From: Syntrophaceae bacterium
Lineage (GTDB): Bacteria > Desulfobacterota > Syntrophia > Syntrophales > Smithellaceae
Direction: 5' to 3'
DNA length: 64,000 nucleotides
NCBI GenBank assembly: GCA_025355345.1
Contig: JANXZU010000122.1
Coordinates: 3-64,002, forward strand
Shown piece after piece: positions 8,961-18,507 of the stretch (position 1 is the stretch's first letter; each line of letters starts with the position of its first letter). The notes below the pieces were generated by a model that saw nothing but the letters and a program-made list of their open reading frames with translations, ran no database searches and was not told the DNA's origin. The position numbers were made by a program, and so were the translations under genes.

Positions 8961-9948
8961 ATTCGGCGTCCTCTTTCCCCGTGATTACCTTAGATATTTG
9001 CACGGCCTGGCTTCCCTTAAAAGTTCCCGGGTGCCCTTTATATTTAATTACTCCTTCGACATATATATCAAGCGGATCAGAAGCATAATGCTCCAGTTGG
9101 ATAACATCGCCTTTTTTTAAATTCACTACGTCTTTACCATGAATCTGAGCCCGCCCTAATTCCACTAAAATCTCCACATTGGACTGTATAAGCCCATTTT
9201 TGAATCTGTTAGTCCACCCTTTATCTACCTCCATTTGTTCGCTTTGGAAACCGGCAGACAATTTTTCTTTGATAGGCTCAAGCATAGAATAGGGAATGCA
9301 AATTGATACGACCCCGGAAGTATATTCAATTTCAACCTCAAAATTTATAACAATAACAACATCCGTAGGCGGAACAATTTGCACAAACTGTGGGTTAATT
9401 TCAGCACGCTGATATGAAACTTTCAAATCTATCAAAGACTTCCAACATTTTTCCAAATCTGACAGAGCGTTCAAAACCACTTTTTTGATCAGGTTATTCT
9501 CTATAGCGGTAAATTCACGTCCTTCAATTTTATAAACTTCCAGGCCAGTCCCGCCAAAGATTATATCCACAAGAGTAAAAATTATTTTAGACTCCACAAC
9601 AAAAATAGCATTGCCACGCATTGGTTCCATTCGGAAAAGGTGAAGACTGGTTGGTACTGGAAGTGTTTTTAAAAACTCACCGAATTTAATCATATCAGCC
9701 GAAACTGCTGTTACGGCAACAACCTTACGCAAAATAGAAGAAAGTGTAGTGCGAAACATACGGGCAAATTTTTCATTAGTCATCTCGAGTGTCGGCATAC
9801 GCCCACGGATGATTCTATCCTGACTGGTTAAGTCATAGGTTATAACTTCACCAGGTTCGTGATATACCTCCGCTTCGGTTTCTACTTCACCGCCCGAAAT
9901 ACCTCGTAACAGAGCATCTACTTCTTCTTGTGAAAGGATATTACTCAT
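8947..9948 (-). CDS. fliM: Flagellar motor switch protein FliM
   Basis: N-terminal CheY-P binding motif LSQEEVDALL. 333 aa. Located upstream of fliN. Confidence 0.9.
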   Translation of the reverse strand: MSNILSQEEVDALLRGISGGEVETEAEVYHEPGEVITYDLTSQDRIIRGRMPTLEMTNEKFARMFRTTLSSILRKVVAVTAVSADMIKFGEFLKTLPVPTSLHLFRMEPMRGNAIFVVESKIIFTLVDIIFGGTGLEVYKIEGREFTAIENNLIKKVVLNALSDLEKCWKSLIDLKVSYQRAEINPQFVQIVPPTDVVIVINFEVEIEYTSGVVSICIPYSMLEPIKEKLSAGFQSEQMEVDKGWTNRFKNGLIQSNVEILVELGRAQIHGKDVVNLKKGDVIQLEHYASDPLDIYVEGVIKYKGHPGTFKGSQAVQISKVITGKEDAEYGTE

Positions 9949-9964
9949 TTTGCCTCGTCTAACT

Positions 9965-10483
9965 TTACTGAATTACAAATTCGGTAAAATATACTTTGGT
10001 AACCTTACCTTTTGTTGCATATAGATTTGCCCGCATGCCAATTTCATCACGCAGACGCTGTTTTCCTAAAGGATCCGTCAATTCTTTGTATGTTTTAGCG
10101 GACAATAAATCGAGTATGGCATCTCTTAGTTTTGGTTTTACGGAATTGAGCTCTTCTGCAACTGGTTGATCGGTAAGCTCCAGTTGCATAACTACCTTTA
10201 AATATCTTTCTCCTTCATTATCGATAAGATTAACAATGAAAGGTTCCATAGCGTAAAAAACAACTATCTGTGGTTTGGTCTGCTCTGCTGATTTTTTCAC
10301 ATCGCCAGAGGCACCAGATTTACTTCCAAAAAAATAAGCAGCACCACCAGTACCCGCAAGCAAGATTAAAACAACGACACCGATAATAATCCCTTTTAGC
10401 GGAGAACCTTTTTTCTTTACGGGAACCTGTTCTTCTTCATTCTCGTCTTTGCTGTCTTTTTTATCTTTTTCTGCGACTGCCAT
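9965..10483 (-). CDS. fliL: Flagellar basal-body-associated protein FliL
   Basis: Single TM helix, then FIVNL...RYLKV and a C-terminal VYFTEFVIQ. The ATG at 10483 has GGAG 6 nt upstream. The longer ORF-track start at 10531 overlaps the sigma-54 promoter. Confidence 0.75.
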   Translation of the reverse strand: MAVAEKDKKDSKDENEEEQVPVKKKGSPLKGIIIGVVVLILLAGTGGAAYFFGSKSGASGDVKKSAEQTKPQIVVFYAMEPFIVNLIDNEGERYLKVVMQLELTDQPVAEELNSVKPKLRDAILDLLSAKTYKELTDPLGKQRLRDEIGMRANLYATKGKVTKVYFTEFVIQ

Positions 10484-10526
10484 AGTCTGCTCCATTAGTC
10501 GAAAATATTTTTCATATTTTCTATCT

Positions 10527-10542
10527 AGCAAAGACTATACCA
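10527..10542 (-). promoter_or_regulatory. Sigma-54 (-24/-12) promoter upstream of fliL
   Basis: Minus strand reads TGGTATAGTCTTTGCT, which gives GG-N10-GC spacing as in the consensus TGGCAC-N5-TTGCW. Confidence 0.65.
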
Positions 10543-10712
10543 GAGATTATTATATGGCAAATATGCTATTTTCTATATATTTAGAATAGTTACAGCGATG
10601 AATGGATGGACGATATAAATGACGATAATTATAAAAAGTCTTTTTTGACAAAAAGTCAAATATTTGACGGATGCAAAAAAGGATAATCTTGTTGTTAAAC
10701 AGCACCAATAAG

Positions 10713-12224
10713 TCAGATGTAATCAGTCAACTTAGGCATTTTAAGAATATTGGCTGTAACAGATATCACCTGCTGATAATTAGTTTGTTGTGCCTGAAGT
10801 TTGATTGCAGCCTCTTCCGGACTGCCAAGTTCCAGATCAGATATTCTGTTACTCGTATTCTTTGAGACCAGTTGCACTCTGGTACTTGCGCTTCCCAGTT
10901 GGACACTGGCATTAGACAATTCCACCTGTTTTGCTTCAAGCTCAGTGAGGCTGTCTTTCAAAGCTGCTCCAGCCATGGAGATGGCACCGGACTCTCCATT
11001 TGTGATGGCAGTGATTGCCAAACTTAAATTGCTTAATATACTACTGAATATATCCTTCCCGTTATTGTTAAGAACTACCCTTTCATTCACTCCGGTAAGG
11101 ACTTCTTTTCCTCCGTCATCACCCCGATATCTGGGATAAGCGGCAATAGAACCCGTCGCGTCAGAAGCAGTAACGATAAAACTATATTCCCCTTCAGGAA
11201 GGGGATTGCCTGCATTATCAAGACCGTTCCATGCCATTGTATTATGCAATGGCAATGCGACAAAACTTGTTCCTAAAATATTCCTGACAACCACACCGGC
11301 TGAATTAATAACTTGAATGTCCGCCTTAGTTGCGGCGCTGGCCAGATCATAGACAATATTATCCGCCACCCCTGCAGAGTCTATTTCAACTTTGGCAAAA
11401 GGCATTATATCGGATAGATTGCCGGCATACATGTAGCTTGAGGCATATTGGGAATTGGCTAAAGTCAAAATCTGGTTATAAAAGTTTGTCAGCAGTCCAA
11501 TCGCAACATTTGGCGCATTGTCACCAATGCTGGATTTAGAGGCATATTGAGTCAGATCACCATTCGTGGCACCGGCATCATATAGATCCCAGGTTACCAC
11601 TTGCGGTGTTGTTGCTCCGCCTATAAGATTAAACGAAATTGTCGGATCTGCACCAGCCACTAACTGACCAGCTGCGTCAAAAACCACATTGCCGCTTCCA
11701 CCGGAACCAATTGTCCCCATTGCCGGAGGAATTGCTGCCGCCCATGACCAAGTATTCGCAGCAGTCTTAGTAAAAGTTATTGTCAGCGGAATTGCCTTTA
11801 GATCAGAGTCATAAATGTTAGTCTTTGCAGAGAAAGTGCCACTTGTTGCCTTACCGGAATAGAGATTAATTTTAGGGGTTATGGATGATGTCGCGACTGT
11901 AGGAATTGGCTCAACTAAAGGATCTGTTCCGCCCGCTGAATAAACAGCATTACGCGCATTTTGCAAAGTGGAATAAACTGTATTGAGCGTTGCGCTGCTT
12001 GCGTCTATCCATGTTTTGGCCTGAGCAATATTAGATTCATACTGACCATACTGCGAAAGGCTGACACGATCAGAGAGTATCTGTCCTGAGGCCCCGGGAT
12101 CATCAGACGGCTTATTAATTTTTTTGCCTGAACCTACTGCAGTTTGTGCGTCTTGAAGTTTATCTGCCTGTTGCGATACCCAGTAGGACATATTATTGAC
12201 CATCATGCTGTTTGTAACTCTCAT
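10713..12224 (-). CDS. flgL: Hook-filament junction protein FlgL (HAP3) with two inserted domains
   Basis: N-terminus MRVTNSMMVNN...INKPSDDP. C-terminal flagellin-like helix. Inserted FlgE-D2-like block at about 11529-11891 and FlgD-Ig-like block at about 11125-11325. Confidence 0.8.
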   Translation of the reverse strand: MRVTNSMMVNNMSYWVSQQADKLQDAQTAVGSGKKINKPSDDPGASGQILSDRVSLSQYGQYESNIAQAKTWIDASSATLNTVYSTLQNARNAVYSAGGTDPLVEPIPTVATSSITPKINLYSGKATSGTFSAKTNIYDSDLKAIPLTITFTKTAANTWSWAAAIPPAMGTIGSGGSGNVVFDAAGQLVAGADPTISFNLIGGATTPQVVTWDLYDAGATNGDLTQYASKSSIGDNAPNVAIGLLTNFYNQILTLANSQYASSYMYAGNLSDIMPFAKVEIDSAGVADNIVYDLASAATKADIQVINSAGVVVRNILGTSFVALPLHNTMAWNGLDNAGNPLPEGEYSFIVTASDATGSIAAYPRYRGDDGGKEVLTGVNERVVLNNNGKDIFSSILSNLSLAITAITNGESGAISMAGAALKDSLTELEAKQVELSNASVQLGSASTRVQLVSKNTSNRISDLELGSPEEAAIKLQAQQTNYQQVISVTANILKMPKLTDYI

Positions 12225-12253
12225 ATTTTCTCCTGCTTAGCGTAAATGTATTC

Positions 12254-14050
12254 TTACATGTTGAGCAATGTTTTCATCATTTCATCTAATATAGTCATAA
12301 GTTTGGCCGAGGCCGTGTAAGCGTTTTGATACAGAACAAGCTTTGTTTGTTCCTCATCCATAGATACCCCGGAATACGAATCCCGCTGATTTGTCCATGC
12401 CTTTATCGCAGATGATTGATAGGAGTAATTGGCATTTGTTGTTTGGACCGCTGAGCCAACTTTACTCGTAAGCGCGCTGAAGTAATTACTGAATGTCGCT
12501 AATCCCAGTGCCGGGTTGAGCCTGTTTTGCAGCTCCGCAATGACAGCGGCATTAGAACCATTACCGGGGGCTCCCGTGGCTGTTGCCGCCGCAGCGATCA
12601 AATCAGTATCTGATATTCCTGTGAGAGGATTATAGATTGCTGCATTGACCGCAATGTTTCCCGCATTAACACTGGTTTTGGAGGGCGCCGCATATTGTGT
12701 CAGGTCACCATTTGTAGGACCAGGGGCACCACTATAAAGATCCCAGGTGACCGCTTGTGGTGTGGTTGCACCATTTGTAAGAACAAGCGAGATTATCGGA
12801 TCTGTCCCCGCCACTAACTGACCAGCGGCAGTAAAAACCAAAGTCCCGTTAGAGGCGGTAGAACCAGCTGTACCCGGAATGGCTGCTGCCCAGGACCAAT
12901 TGTTTGCAGCAGTCTTGGTAAAAGTTATCTTCAGCGGAATTGCATTTAAATTAGAGTCATAAGTGTTGACCGTTGCAGAAAAAGTGTCACCGATCGCCGC
13001 ACCGGAATTGAGATTAATCGCGGGCTTTATGGATGTTGTCGCCACAGCAGGGGTTGCTTCAGAGGAAAAGAACAAACCACCAATGTCACCGCTTACGTCA
13101 TAACCACCTGTATGCAGCCAGTTGACTTCGTCTATAGCCGACCGTGCTAATGTATCTAGTTGATCTTGATAGTCCGTTATCATGGTATCACGCACAGCCA
13201 GATAGCCACCCAGTTTCCCGCCGGTAATATCTCCATTAACAACGGGAGGAACAGCACTTCCATCAGGCCATGTAATATCTTTGAGGCCCGTTGTGGCATT
13301 TGTTTGCGTGGATAGAAGCCAAGTGGAATTACCTTCCACCAAAGGCTTACCGCTGGCCAGTTGAATACTGATCTGACCATTAGTGTTGGTATAGGTATTG
13401 ATATTAATCAGATCGGAAAGATTTGCCACCTGCAAATCAAGTTCGTCTTTGTAGGAATTGGTATTCTGCCCTGCTGCACCTGATTGCTTAATATTCTGAT
13501 TCAAATCGGCTATCTTCTGAATAAGCTGATTGACTGCAGCCACATTTTCCACAACGCTCTTATCAATCCCTTTTTGGATATCAACCAGTTGCGAACTCAT
13601 ACTATGAAATGCTTTGACCAGATTAGTCGCGGAATTGATAAGAAGTGAACGTTGGGTTGAACCTGAAGGATTATTTACCAGATTCTGCCAGTTATTCCAG
13701 AAAGCAGTCATCGTGGAAGAGAGGCCGGAATCACTTGAATTAGAAAACACCTGTTCAATGGAATTAAGACTTTCCTGCTGTGCGCTCCATTTACCCATGT
13801 CCTCATTTGCCATGCGCAGTTGCGTAACCAGAAAGGCGTTGTAAATCCTCTCGACATTCGTAACTCCTACGCCGCTTCCAATTATGCCGTTTGCCGTGTT
13901 AATGGGCGCTGTTGCCTGAATTACGGCCCGCTGCCGGGAATATCCGGGAGTCTCCACATTGCCTATATTGGTACTTATAACATCAATTGCCGATGTATAG
14001 GTGTTTAATCCGCTTAGTGCTGAATTAACTATCCCGTATATTGATGACAT
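12254..14050 (-). CDS. flgK: Hook-associated protein FlgK (HAP1)
   Basis: N-terminus MSSIYGIVNSALSGL..NIGNVETPGYSRQ. C-terminus YQNAYTASAKLMTILDEMMKTLLNM. The ATG at 14050 has a GGGGGAAG SD. Confidence 0.85.
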   Translation of the reverse strand: MSSIYGIVNSALSGLNTYTSAIDVISTNIGNVETPGYSRQRAVIQATAPINTANGIIGSGVGVTNVERIYNAFLVTQLRMANEDMGKWSAQQESLNSIEQVFSNSSDSGLSSTMTAFWNNWQNLVNNPSGSTQRSLLINSATNLVKAFHSMSSQLVDIQKGIDKSVVENVAAVNQLIQKIADLNQNIKQSGAAGQNTNSYKDELDLQVANLSDLININTYTNTNGQISIQLASGKPLVEGNSTWLLSTQTNATTGLKDITWPDGSAVPPVVNGDITGGKLGGYLAVRDTMITDYQDQLDTLARSAIDEVNWLHTGGYDVSGDIGGLFFSSEATPAVATTSIKPAINLNSGAAIGDTFSATVNTYDSNLNAIPLKITFTKTAANNWSWAAAIPGTAGSTASNGTLVFTAAGQLVAGTDPIISLVLTNGATTPQAVTWDLYSGAPGPTNGDLTQYAAPSKTSVNAGNIAVNAAIYNPLTGISDTDLIAAAATATGAPGNGSNAAVIAELQNRLNPALGLATFSNYFSALTSKVGSAVQTTNANYSYQSSAIKAWTNQRDSYSGVSMDEEQTKLVLYQNAYTASAKLMTILDEMMKTLLNM

Positions 14051-14123
14051 TTTCGCTTCCCCCATCCTGAAGCTTTAAAACTATACCCGCAATAATTAGA
14101 TAAAAATAAATTTTGTCGGGCTA

Positions 14124-15317
14124 CTAGGTCATGTTAACAACTGTTTTTAACATCTCACTCTCTGTGCTGAAAACTCTGGCGCAGGATTCATAAGACCGCT
14201 GGGCTAGAATCATATTGGCCATTTCTTTGGCCATATCAACATTAGACGCCTCCACGCTTCCCGAAGCCATGGTGCCAAATCTACCTACTCCGGCAACTCC
14301 GAGAATAGGACCTCCCGTTATAGCGGGCGTATCTCTGTATAGATTATTGCCTGATTTGTTCAGGCCGTCGTAATTCTGAAAATCAGCCAGAGCAATCTGA
14401 TACAATGACCTTGTCATTCCGTTGGAATATGAGGCTGTGATTATACCGCTGTCTGCTGATGATATGCCCGTCAATTGACCTGTTGCTGTTCCATTCTGCG
14501 TCATGCTATAGAGAGCTGATGATGCGGCATATTGAGTAAGACTGCCGTTCGTAGCCCCCGCAGTAGTAGTATCCCAGGTAACCGTTTGTGGTGTAGTAGC
14601 CCCGCTTAAAAGAGTAAAAGTAATTGTCGGATCTGCCGCAGCTACTAAAGCACCCGCTGCGTTAAAGGTCAAAGTTCCGGCACCGCTGGTGACTGCCCCG
14701 CTAGCTGCAGGAATGGTTGGCGTATAAGACCACGTATTTGCAGCCGTCTTTTGAAAAGCTATAGTCACGGGAGTTGCATTTCCCAGAGAGTCATAAGTAT
14801 TTACCGTTGCAGAGAAAGCGGAAGTCGCACCTATTGCCGCACCTGAATTGAGATTAACTGTCGTGTTCATGGACGTTGTCGCCGTTGCCGGAATTGGCGC
14901 AGCAGATACGGTAATATTGCTATATATATTGGACACAATTCCCGTTATGGGATCTATTGCAAAGCCCTGCACAGTCATGCCCTCTGCATTGACCATACTC
15001 CCAGTAGCGTTGAATGAAAATTGGCCATCACGAGTATAACCGGTCCCTCCGGCAGTATCTCGCACTACAAAGAATCCGGCACCGGTGACGGCATAATCAT
15101 TGGCGTTACCCGTGTTGGAAATTGCGCCCTGTGTCCATCCCAATGAAATATCCTGTACGTTTACGCCGCTGCCAACACTCCCTGCTGCTGCAATTACTTC
15201 CGCAAAAGAAACGTCTCCGCCTTTGTATGAAGCTGTTTGACTATTTGCAATGTTATCACTGATTACGGCAAGTTGCTGTCTGAAGGCATTCAAACCGCTA
15301 ATGGCTGTATAAAACAT
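14124..15317 (-). CDS. flgE: Flagellar hook protein FlgE
   Basis: N-terminus MFYTAISGLNAF...DNIANSQT. C-terminus NVDMAKEMANMILAQRSYE. Central D2 region. Confidence 0.9.
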   Translation of the reverse strand: MFYTAISGLNAFRQQLAVISDNIANSQTASYKGGDVSFAEVIAAAGSVGSGVNVQDISLGWTQGAISNTGNANDYAVTGAGFFVVRDTAGGTGYTRDGQFSFNATGSMVNAEGMTVQGFAIDPITGIVSNIYSNITVSAAPIPATATTSMNTTVNLNSGAAIGATSAFSATVNTYDSLGNATPVTIAFQKTAANTWSYTPTIPAASGAVTSGAGTLTFNAAGALVAAADPTITFTLLSGATTPQTVTWDTTTAGATNGSLTQYAASSALYSMTQNGTATGQLTGISSADSGIITASYSNGMTRSLYQIALADFQNYDGLNKSGNNLYRDTPAITGGPILGVAGVGRFGTMASGSVEASNVDMAKEMANMILAQRSYESCARVFSTESEMLKTVVNMT

Positions 15318-15397
15318 GGTGGCTCCTCCTTAATTAACTTTATCGGTAATAATAATATAAACTTCAGTTATTTTATCCTTAACCACATAATAAATAA

Positions 15398-16078
15398 TCA
15401 TCCAGTTACTCCCGTTACGGAACTCAGCGGTATTTCTCCAGCGTCTGTAACCAGATAGGCAACGCCACTCCTGAAAACAACACCGGTCACACTGGCCGTT
15501 CCTTCTGTGGACACGGATATACTTTTCCCAGCACTGTCTTTTGCCGAAAAACTGACACTGTATGTTCCATCAGCAACTTTTGTCCCACTATTGTTTTTGC
15601 AATCCCACTGGAATGAATAACTGCCGGCGGGCATACTTCCCAGATCGCCTGTCTTTACGGCAGTCCCTGCGGCATCAAAAATTGATATTGATACTTTGCC
15701 GGCATCACCGGCCAACGTAAATTTTGAAGTCCCTGCCGTACCACTTGCTACAGATATCTTGTCGCCTGCACAGGAAACCTTTTTGCCTATATATCCCACA
15801 GCCTGACTGCTGCTTAGTGCCAATTCGGTTTGCAGAAGAGACTGAAGGTAACTATTAGTCTGCTGTGCCTGCTGTACCTGAGTAAGAGAGCTGAATTGTG
15901 AAAGCATTGCACCGGAATCCATTGGTTTGGATGGATCCTGATTTTTAAGTTCAACGAGCAATAGTTTTAAAAAATCTCCTGCTGACAAAGAGGACATGGA
16001 AACATCAGAAGTTGATGCCGCTGAAGTCGATGCCGTCGAAGCATTAAATATATTTGATCCTATAGCACTTATACTCAT
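15398..16078 (-). CDS. flgD: Hook capping/assembly protein FlgD
   Basis: FLKLLLVELKNQDPSKPMD motif and a C-terminal Ig-like segment (GSYSFQWDCKNNSGTKVADGTYSVSFSA). Confidence 0.85.
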   Translation of the reverse strand: MSISAIGSNIFNASTASTSAASTSDVSMSSLSAGDFLKLLLVELKNQDPSKPMDSGAMLSQFSSLTQVQQAQQTNSYLQSLLQTELALSSSQAVGYIGKKVSCAGDKISVASGTAGTSKFTLAGDAGKVSISIFDAAGTAVKTGDLGSMPAGSYSFQWDCKNNSGTKVADGTYSVSFSAKDSAGKSISVSTEGTASVTGVVFRSGVAYLVTDAGEIPLSSVTGVTG

Positions 16079-16136
16079 TTTAATTCCTCCTTTAATCCTT
16101 CCAGAAACTATTATTGCTCTTTTTTAATGACCATAT

Positions 16137-16152
16137 TGCAATTGAAATGCCA
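16137..16152 (-). promoter_or_regulatory. Sigma-54 promoter upstream of flgD-flgE
   Basis: Minus strand reads TGGCATTTCAATTGCA. Lies about 60 nt upstream of the flgD ATG inside a 368-bp non-coding gap. Confidence 0.7.
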
Positions 16153-16446
16153 CAAGATTTATCTGCCCCATATTAGCCCGCACTAGGTGACAAGTTAAAT
16201 ATTTCAGGTAATTTTTTAAGCTGTCCATCTCAGATTGTAGACAGATAAGTCATTATATTGTTTACGTATAACTGGTTGGTACTGTCTTTGTTACACTTAT
16301 CGTATAGATCAGTTTACAAAAAAAAAACCAAAATTTTATATATCTTTCTTACGGATTGCGCTGCTTTTTTGGAGTCACTTCAGGACTTCACGGAAAAGAA
16401 TTCCTACAGATGTGGAAACTTTTTCCCTTAAAATTATAATGGAAGT

Positions 16447-17589
16447 TTATGCAAAGATACTGATGTTATCCGAATTAAGCGCTTGGCTATTTATGTTCTG
16501 GGGATTGACTGACGTTATAGGTTTCAATTCTTCACTATACTTTTCTTTTGAGTTATTGCTGTTTTTTCCAGATCCCTCCCGATATAATGTTTGGTGACTA
16601 AAATTCTGCGGATATCCTTCCCGGTTATTCTGCATCAACACGTCACAACGATCAATAGTCAAACCCTGATTCAGCAAAGAACCTTTAAGACGATCAATAT
16701 GATTATTCAGAGCTTGTTGCACGTCTTTGTTATCGGCAACAATGATTACTTCCACTTTGTTATTACGCACCGTAACATCCATTTCCAGTGTTCCAAAAGA
16801 AGGAGGACTTAGTGTAATCCTTACTCTGCCTCCATCAGCGCTCACATTTTCTTTGATCCCGCTTACAACTCGATCAATAATCTGTCCTGTAGAAACATCA
16901 TCAAGAGAACTTACTTTTGCCATTCCATTATTTGTGACACTTACGGAATTTGATGAAATATCCTGGCTATACTTTTCACCAACAATATTGTTTTCTTTCG
17001 ATACATTCTTTAACTTTTCTGCCATTTCTGAAGAAATTGTTTGCAATGCAACCATGCTTGCTAAGCCTGATTTATCCGCTACGTTACCGACGGTAACTTT
17101 AGTGGCATTATCAATCAGACTTTGATTATCGGGATTTTTTAAGTTATTAGCCTTAAATATCTGATCAGACAATTTATTTGCATTATTTATACTATCTTCA
17201 TTTTTTAATAATTGTTCTTTTCCCCCTCCCGCAAGCGACTCCTTAAGCCCAGTAACGGAAATTTGATTTTTCAACTCTCCTTCAAAATCGAGATTAGTTT
17301 TTCCTGCAGCACCACTGCCATTAGGCAAAGCGCCTTTCATTTCAGCCAATTCCCTAACCATGGCTAGCATCTGGTTTTGCTTTGATAATCCATTTTTGTT
17401 TTCATCTATCGATTCAATGCTTGGGTTTAGTAAGGTTATCTGTTGATTCAGAACTTGAAGGAATGGCGCTACGCTTTTTAAATCAGCATTTTCCCCATCA
17501 GCTTCATTATTTATCTCGTTCTGCTGAGAGGCAGTATTACTGACCGTATTGGGAATTATTGCGACTGATGTTCCGATTGGCTGTTCCAT
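16447..17589 (-). CDS. fliK: Hook-length control protein FliK
   Basis: Low-complexity N-terminal half. C-terminal Flg_hook-type domain RITLSPPSFGTLEMDVTVRNNKVEV...LKGSLLNQGL. Located before flgD. Confidence 0.75.
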   Translation of the reverse strand: MEQPIGTSVAIIPNTVSNTASQQNEINNEADGENADLKSVAPFLQVLNQQITLLNPSIESIDENKNGLSKQNQMLAMVRELAEMKGALPNGSGAAGKTNLDFEGELKNQISVTGLKESLAGGGKEQLLKNEDSINNANKLSDQIFKANNLKNPDNQSLIDNATKVTVGNVADKSGLASMVALQTISSEMAEKLKNVSKENNIVGEKYSQDISSNSVSVTNNGMAKVSSLDDVSTGQIIDRVVSGIKENVSADGGRVRITLSPPSFGTLEMDVTVRNNKVEVIIVADNKDVQQALNNHIDRLKGSLLNQGLTIDRCDVLMQNNREGYPQNFSHQTLYREGSGKNSNNSKEKYSEELKPITSVNPQNINSQALNSDNISIFA

Positions 17590-17623
17590 CTTATCTCTCA
17601 ATAGAGTTTTTCCATTTTACATC

Positions 17624-17639
17624 TGCAATCAGCATGCCA
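17624..17639 (-). promoter_or_regulatory. Sigma-54 promoter upstream of fliK
   Basis: Minus strand reads TGGCATGCTGATTGCA, about 35 nt upstream of the fliK ATG. Confidence 0.7.
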
Positions 17640-17859
17640 CTACATTAATTCGATATTTATCTCATAATTAATAGCACTTACAAAAATAATTTTTTCCTGA
17701 ATTCATTATTGGGAAAATATTTCCTACTAATGAGATCCAAGCTTCAGAGACAAAATACGTAACTCTGAGTTTCATCTGCGACTGAAACTTGTAGATCGAA
17801 TTATGCCGCATAAGCAGGGCATAATACCACCACCTACTATTGGGGGATATTCCCGTGAT

Positions 17860-18507
17860 TCATTCTTGTAAGTGTTTCCCCGAACGCGTAATTTCTTTGG
17901 TAATTTCTACTGCCTTCTGCGAACTGATAAAACCCCAAACGGCTCCGGCTTTATCTTTTTTCATATTCATCGTTATACCTGCAGCTGTTTTTATGTCGAG
18001 CTTTTCCAGCATAGCTCCCGCCTTTGCCGGAGGCGCCGCTTCATATACTTTGGCCATTTCTTTGTATCTTTTAATATCAGTGTTCTGGTTAGCATCGAAC
18101 ATCGCCGTTAACTTTTCTTGCTGACCTTTCAGTAATGTGATTTTTTCTGTTATTTCTTTACGCAACGTCAGCAATCGCTGTTCTTCAGCACGCAAGGCAT
18201 TTTCCCGATTATCCAACTCAATTTTTTTGGCCAAAAGAGCTGCCGAGAGATCCCTTTGCTTGGTAAGGTTTTCGTCCAGAGTATCCTTCTCCTTTGGTGC
18301 CGCTGCAGATTGAGCGCTGGAGGCCGGCACAGCGGCAGATACTGCAACACCATTGGTCTCTTTTGGTTGCTGGGCCATGGCTTGGGTAGTTATTAAAGAT
18401 GTGTCGGAAGAAATATCACCTTTATTTAGCAAACCATATACCGATGCTACCTTGGCCAAAATCAAAATCAAAAGTATTATTTCAACTACAATAATAAACT
18501 TTTTCAT
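17860..18507 (-). CDS. MotE/YlxF/FlbB-like flagellar protein (MgtE-N-like domain)
   Basis: N-terminal TM helix, coiled coil, and C-terminal YKEMAKVYEAAPPAKAGAMLEKLDIKTAAGITMNMKKDKAGAV. Occupies the same slot as B. subtilis ylxF, between fliJ and fliK. Confidence 0.55.
   Translation of the reverse strand: MKKFIIVVEIILLILILAKVASVYGLLNKGDISSDTSLITTQAMAQQPKETNGVAVSAAVPASSAQSAAAPKEKDTLDENLTKQRDLSAALLAKKIELDNRENALRAEEQRLLTLRKEITEKITLLKGQQEKLTAMFDANQNTDIKRYKEMAKVYEAAPPAKAGAMLEKLDIKTAAGITMNMKKDKAGAVWGFISSQKAVEITKEITRSGKHLQE

Noticed and set aside
8386-9120. Long + strand ORFs (this 244-aa one, plus 23-229, 184-534, 2294-2647, 3441-3803, 58417-59136, 60302-60697 and many others) lying antisense to flagellar, che and fad genes.
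   Set aside because: Each lies fully inside a well-supported minus-strand gene. They have low-complexity or odd composition (Ser/Leu/Ile/Phe-rich), no SD and no recognisable motifs. These are typical shadow ORFs of an AT-rich genome.
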